This document shows positions 28,952 through 34,234 of a stretch of DNA of 34,234 nt, one piece after another; position 1 is the first letter of the stretch; each line of letters starts with the position of its first letter. The translations under genes and the position numbers were made by a program. The notes under the pieces were generated by a model. It was not told the DNA's origin, did not search any database, and saw nothing but the letters and a program-made list of their open reading frames with translations. The DNA lies in contig JAYYHK010000048.1 in assembly GCA_036148495.1 (NCBI GenBank), positions 1 to 34,234 of the forward strand. The letters run 5' to 3'. This DNA is from Thermoplasmatota archaeon (GTDB lineage: Archaea; Thermoplasmatota; Poseidoniia; MGIII; CG-Epi1).

Positions 28952-30136
28952 TTATTCGCCTAGAGCGTCTTTGTAACCTTCACCATCGAGCCAGGATTTT
29001 GAATAATCAGGATCTTCAACTTTTAGAGCATATTTAGCAACTTTTAGTGGATAATGAGTGTCAACCATCACAGCTAACTCATCGGTCCATTTTGCTCCGA
29101 TAGATGCTTCATATTTTCCAGGATGAGGGCCGTGTGTCAAACCATCAGGATGTAAGGTCATTGACCCAAATTCCACACCTTTTCTAGACATAAATTCCTT
29201 TGAATCGTAGTAAATAACTTCATCAGACATAATATTTGCATGATTATATGGTGCAGGAATTGCATTTTTGTCAAAATCAAACGGTCTAGGGCAGAATGAG
29301 CAAACTACAAATCTGTCACTAGCAAATGTTTGATGAACGGGTGGAGGTTCATGGATTCTACCAACAATAGGCTCAAAGTCATGTATGCTGAACGCAAATG
29401 GATAGTAATATCCATCCCATCCAACAACATCACAAGGATGGTGTCCTAGAGTTACTTCCGTGAATCTGTTTCTTTGTTTCACAATAATCTTGAATTCACC
29501 TTTTTCATCGTGAGGAACTAATTCATCAGGTCCTCTGAAATCACGTTCAGAATATGGGCTCCTCTCGATGATTTGGCCGTATTCATTTCTATATCTTCGA
29601 GGAGTTCGAACTTCACCAGGTGATTCTACAATCAAAAGCGAGTGCTCTTCGTCATTCATTACATATTTGTGCAAAATACCTCTTGGAATCACTAGGTAGT
29701 CTCCAGAGGAATATTTCATATTTCCAAAAGCAGTCTCTAGAGTTCCACTTCCTTGACTAACGTAAATTATTTCGTCACCCTGGGCATTTCGATAATAATA
29801 ATCATCATTTTTGTCAGGATAGCACATCATCATTACAACATCGTTGTTGAACAAGAAAGGTTTTCTGTCCATAATTGCGCTTCCCCCCTTATCAGCTCTA
29901 TTTGTGTAAAAATGCCTCATTCTGAGACTTTTATCGTCGTCTTCTTCAAGTGTAAAACTTCCGATTTCTTTAGTCGATAAAACTTCTGTGGGTGGATATA
30001 TGTGATACAAAAGTGAAGAAGGACCAACAAATCCTTTGTTTCCTTTTAATTCTTCATGGTATATATTTCCATTATCATCTCTAAATACTGTGTGTCTTTT
30101 CTTAGCTACTTTTCCTAGTTTATGATATCTGTGCAT
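28952..30136 (-). CDS. hmgA: Homogentisate 1,2-dioxygenase (short, about 390-aa form)
   Basis: The N-terminus Y..LG...KRHTVFRD..G..YHEEL.G..GF.G.SSLLYH..PPT and the cupin-type core with His/Glu-rich segments (IHEPPPVHQTF, LHPDGLTHGPHPG) fit HGD. Its ATG shares one base with the HPPD stop (TAATG). Confidence 0.8.
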   Translation of the reverse strand: MHRYHKLGKVAKKRHTVFRDDNGNIYHEELKGNKGFVGPSSLLYHIYPPTEVLSTKEIGSFTLEEDDDKSLRMRHFYTNRADKGGSAIMDRKPFLFNNDVVMMMCYPDKNDDYYYRNAQGDEIIYVSQGSGTLETAFGNMKYSSGDYLVIPRGILHKYVMNDEEHSLLIVESPGEVRTPRRYRNEYGQIIERSPYSERDFRGPDELVPHDEKGEFKIIVKQRNRFTEVTLGHHPCDVVGWDGYYYPFAFSIHDFEPIVGRIHEPPPVHQTFASDRFVVCSFCPRPFDFDKNAIPAPYNHANIMSDEVIYYDSKEFMSRKGVEFGSMTLHPDGLTHGPHPGKYEASIGAKWTDELAVMVDTHYPLKVAKYALKVEDPDYSKSWLDGEGYKDALGE

Positions 30137-31233
30137 TACAGGTTACCTCTCTCTGCTTGGTGTCTTTCAATTGCTTCAAATAATGCCTTAAAGTTTCCAA
30201 CTCCAAAGCCTCTCGATCCTTTTCTTTGTATAACTTCGTAGAATACAGTCGGTCTATCCTCTACAGGCTTAGTGAATAACTGCAGTAAGTATCCCTCATC
30301 ATCTCGATCAACTAGTATTTTCAATTTGCGGAGGACTTCGATGTCTTCATCGATTGCTCCGACTCTATTAGTCAAATCTTCATAGTAAGTATCTGGAACT
30401 TCTAAAAATTCAACTCCGTTTTCTTTCAGTTTTCCAATGGTTTTGATTATGTCGCTTGTTAGTAAAGCGATATGCTGGACACCAGCCCCATCATAGAATT
30501 CTAAGTATTCATCAATTTGTGATTTTCTTTTGCCTTCAGCAGGTTCATTGATTGGGAATTTGATTCTTCCATTGTCACTTTCCATCACTTTAGACATCAG
30601 TGCAGAATATTCAGTGGAAATATCATCATCACTAAAGGCTTGAATTTGTGAGAATCCCATCGTGTCTGCGTAGAAATTAACCCAATCTTCCATTTTGCCT
30701 AATTCCACATTACCGACGATATGATCAATAAATTTTAATCCAACGTTTTCACCTTCGATTTTGCTTTCTACGAATCCAGGTAAAAAGGGTCCATCGTAAT
30801 CATCGTGGGAAATGAAAGAGTGAACAGTTTCTCCGTATGTATAAATTGAAGCTTTGGTTATACTTCCGTTGTCATCACTAATAGTTTCAGGTTCTTTAGC
30901 ACTTTTCGCTCCACGAGCTACACATGCTTCGTAACATGCCTTTGCATCATCAACGTGAAACGCAATATCCTTTACACCATCACCGTGCCTTCTAATGTGC
31001 TCAGATAATTCATTATTTCCGTTGAGTGGGGTGGAAAAGACCATTCGTATTCGGCCCTGCTCTAGAACGTAACTAGCTTTCTCTCTGTCGCCTGTCTCTA
31101 AACCAGAGTATGCAATTTGATTATATCCGAATGCTTTTCGATAGTAGTAGGCAGCTTGCTTTGCATTACCCACATAAAACTCAACGTGATGTACAGCTTT
31201 AAGTGGAACTGGGTCTTTACTCATTATTTTCAC
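30136..31233 (-). CDS. hppD: 4-hydroxyphenylpyruvate dioxygenase
   Basis: [24 protein letters not shown], the C-terminal [31 protein letters not shown]. The protein is about 365 aa. The start is either the GTG at 31233 or the ATG at 31224. Confidence 0.92.
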   Translation of the reverse strand: MKIMSKDPVPLKAVHHVEFYVGNAKQAAYYYRKAFGYNQIAYSGLETGDREKASYVLEQGRIRMVFSTPLNGNNELSEHIRRHGDGVKDIAFHVDDAKACYEACVARGAKSAKEPETISDDNGSITKASIYTYGETVHSFISHDDYDGPFLPGFVESKIEGENVGLKFIDHIVGNVELGKMEDWVNFYADTMGFSQIQAFSDDDISTEYSALMSKVMESDNGRIKFPINEPAEGKRKSQIDEYLEFYDGAGVQHIALLTSDIIKTIGKLKENGVEFLEVPDTYYEDLTNRVGAIDEDIEVLRKLKILVDRDDEGYLLQLFTKPVEDRPTVFYEVIQRKGSRGFGVGNFKALFEAIERHQAERGNL

Positions 31234-31268
31234 ATCTCAGGAACAATTTTCCTTTGTTAACTATGAGC

Positions 31269-31275
31269 AAAAAAA
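31269..31275 (-). terminator. Oligo-T (T7 on the - strand) about 20 nt downstream of the M50 protease stop
   Basis: An A7 run on the + strand at 31269-31275, between the M50 stop (31298) and the HPPD start. Confidence 0.35.
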
Positions 31276-31297
31276 GTGCGCATTATTAAAGTCTTCT

Positions 31298-33340
31298 TCA
31301 AGAATTATCTTGGAAATAAGTTACCCAATTGTAAGTGTAGGAAAAATCAGAAGTTGGATCGTTTGATTCAAATGTTATTTCCCAATCTCCTATCATTTCA
31401 CCTTCGCTTGTTTTGTATTCTACATACTGTGGTTGAGCGCCAAGAAGATAATCTTCTTCAAAAACAACACCAGAAGGGGATGTTATTGTAACTGTTACAT
31501 CTTCCTGAAATGGCAATGCACTTTCTCCAGTCAAATTAATGTAAATGTTCACGCTTTCAACATATGGGTTCACAGAAGATTCAACATTTTCGTCGCCTCC
31601 GCCTCCTACGTCCCCATTTCCACTTTCTTCATGATTAATGCTAATTTCTTGGAAAGCTATACTTTGCCGATTTTCAGCATCTTTTGCAGTTAAAACAACA
31701 AAATAAAGTCCACCTTGAGACCAATTATGCTGTACTTTTTCACCTGTAGCAGTGTTTCCATCTCCAAAGTCCCACTCATATGAAACGAAAGCACCTTCTG
31801 AGTTTGAAGCGTCAAATTCGAAAACTTCGTCACTCCAGCCTTTAGTGATAGAGGCATCTATGTCAGCATTCAACGTCACAGGTTCAGTTCCTACTATCCT
31901 TGGCCCAACAATCTGCCAGACAATCAAGAACAGAACAGTAATTGCTAAAAGACTGACAAGTCTATCAACAATTTCTTCTTTTCTTTCAGCAGTCATGCTA
32001 CTTCGAACTTTGTCTAGCATTCCTGTTACACCATCAGCAAAAATGAATCCACCGTCCAGAGGAACTGCAGGAAGTGCGTTTGTTAATCCGACCATCAAAT
32101 TTAACCAGAAAATCCAATAGAAAGAATTGGCTAAAATCCAAAAGACACTGTCTGGAATAATTCCGACAATGCCAGTAGGTGCAAATAGTGCAGTAAAGTG
32201 TTCAGGGAATGGTTGTAACTTTTGGAAAGGTAGGGTGATGTATTGTAACATACCTCCAGCAGAACCTCCGGGATTAGCCAGACTGTCGGCGACAACTTCA
32301 GGATTAACTACAGCAATACCCATGAATCCCTTTCCAGACATCCATGTTTCGTAATTATCTGGATAATATTTGAGATAATAACTACCTTTATCTGACAAAG
32401 TTACTTGATAAGTTTCAGGAGTTCCTTTGTTGAGCACAGAGACATTAATCACTTGACCCGCATATGTCTCATTCATCACATTTGTAAAATCTTCAGAATT
32501 CAAGATTGTCTGATCGTTAACTTCAGTTATCAGCATCCAAGGTTCAAGTCCGGCTTCCTCTCCTCCATAATCTAAAACGACACTAGCGGAAAGTACTCCA
32601 TCACTAGAAGGTTCTAGGGACGCAACCATAACAGATGAGAATAGGAAAGAGAAAATTATTGCAATGACCATATTACTTCCGGGTCCTGCAGCGTAGAGTC
32701 TCATACGTTCCCATTTTTTCATGCTTTTCATTTCCTCTTCATCGGGTTCTACGAAAGCACCTACGGGGAAAAAGAACATCAATAATCCTAACGCTTTAAC
32801 CTTGACATTTGCAACTCTGCTCAAAATTCCGTGACTGAATTCATGAACTACCATAGCGATTACTAATGCTAAAATACCATACCACAAAGGAATTACAGGG
32901 TTTAATCCAGGCAACCCAATCATCATTTTAGGGGAGACAGATGCACTTTTTGGAATCTGCCAAGCTAATGTTGCCTGCCATAATAGCAGTAGAAACATAA
33001 AAATCATAATAAGGAAAACAGTTACTACCCAAACATCGCCAACTCTTTGCCAAAATACAGTTTTCTGAGAGACTTTTTCTATGAATTCTTTACCCCAATC
33101 AGTTCTCCACATTAGGAATGATCGGCCCCAAACCAGTTCCATATTGTATTTCTCTAAGTAGCCTTCATTATCTGCCCATCTAGCTCCAGTTACCCAAGCT
33201 ATTAGGAATAAAGCAAAGGTGTACCATCCCAGAAAGAAACAGAAAGTTAGTACCAGCAAAAACTGACTATGTCTACGAATATGGGATTCGATGGGCATCC
33301 CAGTTAATGTAGGTTCAATTTTCTCTTCTTCCTCAGCCAC
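31298..33340 (-). CDS. M50 site-2 protease family membrane metalloprotease with an internal PDZ-like region and a C-terminal PKD domain
   Basis: HEFSH zinc motif at nt 32831-32845. The second M50 motif is NALPAVPLDGG. The PKD signature is FDASNSEG..VSYEWDFGDGNTATG..V.H.W..GG.Y.V.LT..D. The annotated start is a GTG (33340). An internal Met is at codon 15. Confidence 0.8.
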   Translation of the reverse strand: MAEEEEKIEPTLTGMPIESHIRRHSQFLLVLTFCFFLGWYTFALFLIAWVTGARWADNEGYLEKYNMELVWGRSFLMWRTDWGKEFIEKVSQKTVFWQRVGDVWVVTVFLIMIFMFLLLLWQATLAWQIPKSASVSPKMMIGLPGLNPVIPLWYGILALVIAMVVHEFSHGILSRVANVKVKALGLLMFFFPVGAFVEPDEEEMKSMKKWERMRLYAAGPGSNMVIAIIFSFLFSSVMVASLEPSSDGVLSASVVLDYGGEEAGLEPWMLITEVNDQTILNSEDFTNVMNETYAGQVINVSVLNKGTPETYQVTLSDKGSYYLKYYPDNYETWMSGKGFMGIAVVNPEVVADSLANPGGSAGGMLQYITLPFQKLQPFPEHFTALFAPTGIVGIIPDSVFWILANSFYWIFWLNLMVGLTNALPAVPLDGGFIFADGVTGMLDKVRSSMTAERKEEIVDRLVSLLAITVLFLIVWQIVGPRIVGTEPVTLNADIDASITKGWSDEVFEFDASNSEGAFVSYEWDFGDGNTATGEKVQHNWSQGGLYFVVLTAKDAENRQSIAFQEISINHEESGNGDVGGGGDENVESSVNPYVESVNIYINLTGESALPFQEDVTVTITSPSGVVFEEDYLLGAQPQYVEYKTSEGEMIGDWEITFESNDPTSDFSYTYNWVTYFQDNS

Positions 33341-33362
33341 GTATTGTACTCCACACGGGGCT

Positions 33363-33370
33363 TTATTTAA
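33363..33370. promoter_or_regulatory. Single A/T element in a 48-nt divergent intergenic region; possible shared or bidirectional TATA box
   Basis: tttattta is centred about 23 nt from the ATG at 33389 (+) and about 26 nt from the GTG at 33340 (-). It is the only A/T-rich octamer in the spacer. Confidence 0.3.
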
Positions 33371-33388
33371 CCTCCATTATGGAGCACA

Positions 33389-34081
33389 ATGGCCAAGAAG
33401 AAAGGTAAACGTGAAGAAGGCTTCACATTTCCAGAATTCGATAAAGAGGAATTTCGTCAGAAAGAATTGAAAGATTCCAAGGTCATTTTGTTTGCAGTTT
33501 TCTATGCATTTACCATGGCAGTGATTTCCTATTACCTTGTTAGAATGACAAGTCTTGAAAGATCAGTAATGATTTTTGGATTCATCGCACCTTTTGGGTT
33601 GATTAAGATTTTACCACTTATTTTTGATACTAGTGATTTCGAAAGAAAGAATTGGTTTGGTCCAATGTTTATGTCTTTTTTAGCCTGGTTGGGTTTATTC
33701 ATATTGTTCTCAAATCCGCCTTTTAACGACATATCAAATCCTGAGTTTGGCGTTAATGAAATCTATGTTGAAGAAGATGGAAACTGGAATTTAACTACAG
33801 AAATCAATTCAGGAGAACCATTCATTTTTATTGTATCAGTTAAAGATAATTGGAAGGTTGATAAGGTTCAGATTAGTGCTAACAAAGGAGGTAGTGGATT
33901 TATGATGGCTACACCTATGACTAAATTAGAATCTGATAATTCTTTCAATATTTCTGGGGAGCATAGATATTTTTTCCATTTTGAGGATGGATTAGATGCT
34001 GAGGCTTATCTTTTCACGTTTGTAGCAGAAGATGAAGAAGGAAACAACTCTGTCAGAAAAACTAGTATTTCCGTAGTTTAG
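33389..34081 (+). CDS. Membrane protein of unknown function with a C-terminal beta-rich (Ig-like?) ectodomain
   Basis: Basic N-terminus, three hydrophobic helices (aa ~30-110), then a soluble domain (EIYVEEDGNWNL...FIFIVSVKDNWKVDKVQI...YLFTFVAEDEEGN). No recognisable catalytic motif. Confidence 0.5.
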   Translation: MAKKKGKREEGFTFPEFDKEEFRQKELKDSKVILFAVFYAFTMAVISYYLVRMTSLERSVMIFGFIAPFGLIKILPLIFDTSDFERKNWFGPMFMSFLAWLGLFILFSNPPFNDISNPEFGVNEIYVEEDGNWNLTTEINSGEPFIFIVSVKDNWKVDKVQISANKGGSGFMMATPMTKLESDNSFNISGEHRYFFHFEDGLDAEAYLFTFVAEDEEGNNSVRKTSISVV

Positions 34082-34234
34082 AGTAATTTTTGTTGAATTT
34101 CGTGTAGCTTTTCTAAGGCTTGTAATGGAGTTAGGTTCATCAAATCCATTTTCTTAATTTCATCAATTACCGGGTTTTCTTTAGTTTCAGTTCTACCTCC
34201 GAAGTCAGTAGAGAAAACAGATTGAACAGGTCCA
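34078..34234 (-). CDS. mutS: C-terminal end of the DNA mismatch repair protein MutS. This is a partial gene that continues beyond the window.
   Basis: I translated the - strand by hand: GPVQSVFSTDFGGRTETKENPVIDEIKKMDLMNLTPLQALEKLHEIQQKLL*. The ...D(L)xxLTPxxAL..L..L.. tail is the conserved MutS C-terminus. At 51 codons it is too short to appear in the ORF track. Confidence 0.55.
   Translation of the reverse strand, partial: GPVQSVFSTDFGGRTETKENPVIDEIKKMDLMNLTPLQALEKLHEIQQKLL

Overview
This is an A/T-rich archaeal chromosomal segment with one GC-rich rRNA gene. It is probably from a marine euryarchaeon of the Thermoplasmatota / Marine Group II type. That placement is inferred only from gene content: Pth2, archaeal-type ProRS ending in Tyr, the ArcS+RaSEA archaeosine genes, AglB, a PGF-CTERM sorting signal, a class-III (pilin) signal peptide, and a 23S rRNA with no adjacent 16S or 5S.

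Order of features:
- + strand: a 5'-truncated acidic surface protein ending in PGF-CTERM, then a HIT hydrolase.
- - strand: a stand-alone 23S rRNA (about 2981-5980) flanked by a long processing stem, then pdxH coupled to a stand-alone Lon-N-domain gene.
- Mixed strands: a membrane cluster of RDD, a small membrane protein, a scramblase-like protein, NfeD and stomatin.
- + strand: a long co-directional block of arcS, raSEA, DUF1616-like, pth2, a zinc-ribbon disordered protein, signal peptidase, proS, a pilin-like protein and a secreted esterase.
- - strand: a giant 2360-aa AglB oligosaccharyltransferase fusion, a tightly coupled homogentisate operon (HPPD-HGD-unknown-FAH), and an M50 site-2 protease with a PKD domain.
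- + strand: a divergent membrane protein.
- - strand: the C-terminal tip of mutS at the window edge.

I found no CRISPR array, transposase, integrase, tRNA or recognisable defence genes.

The two most interesting items are:
1. An uncharacterised 335-aa gene sits exactly where the maleylacetoacetate-isomerase step is missing from the homogentisate operon.
2. AglB is fused to about 1400 aa of sequon-rich beta-sandwich repeats with a second, C-terminal membrane anchor.

All family calls come from motif recognition by eye. No searches were run.
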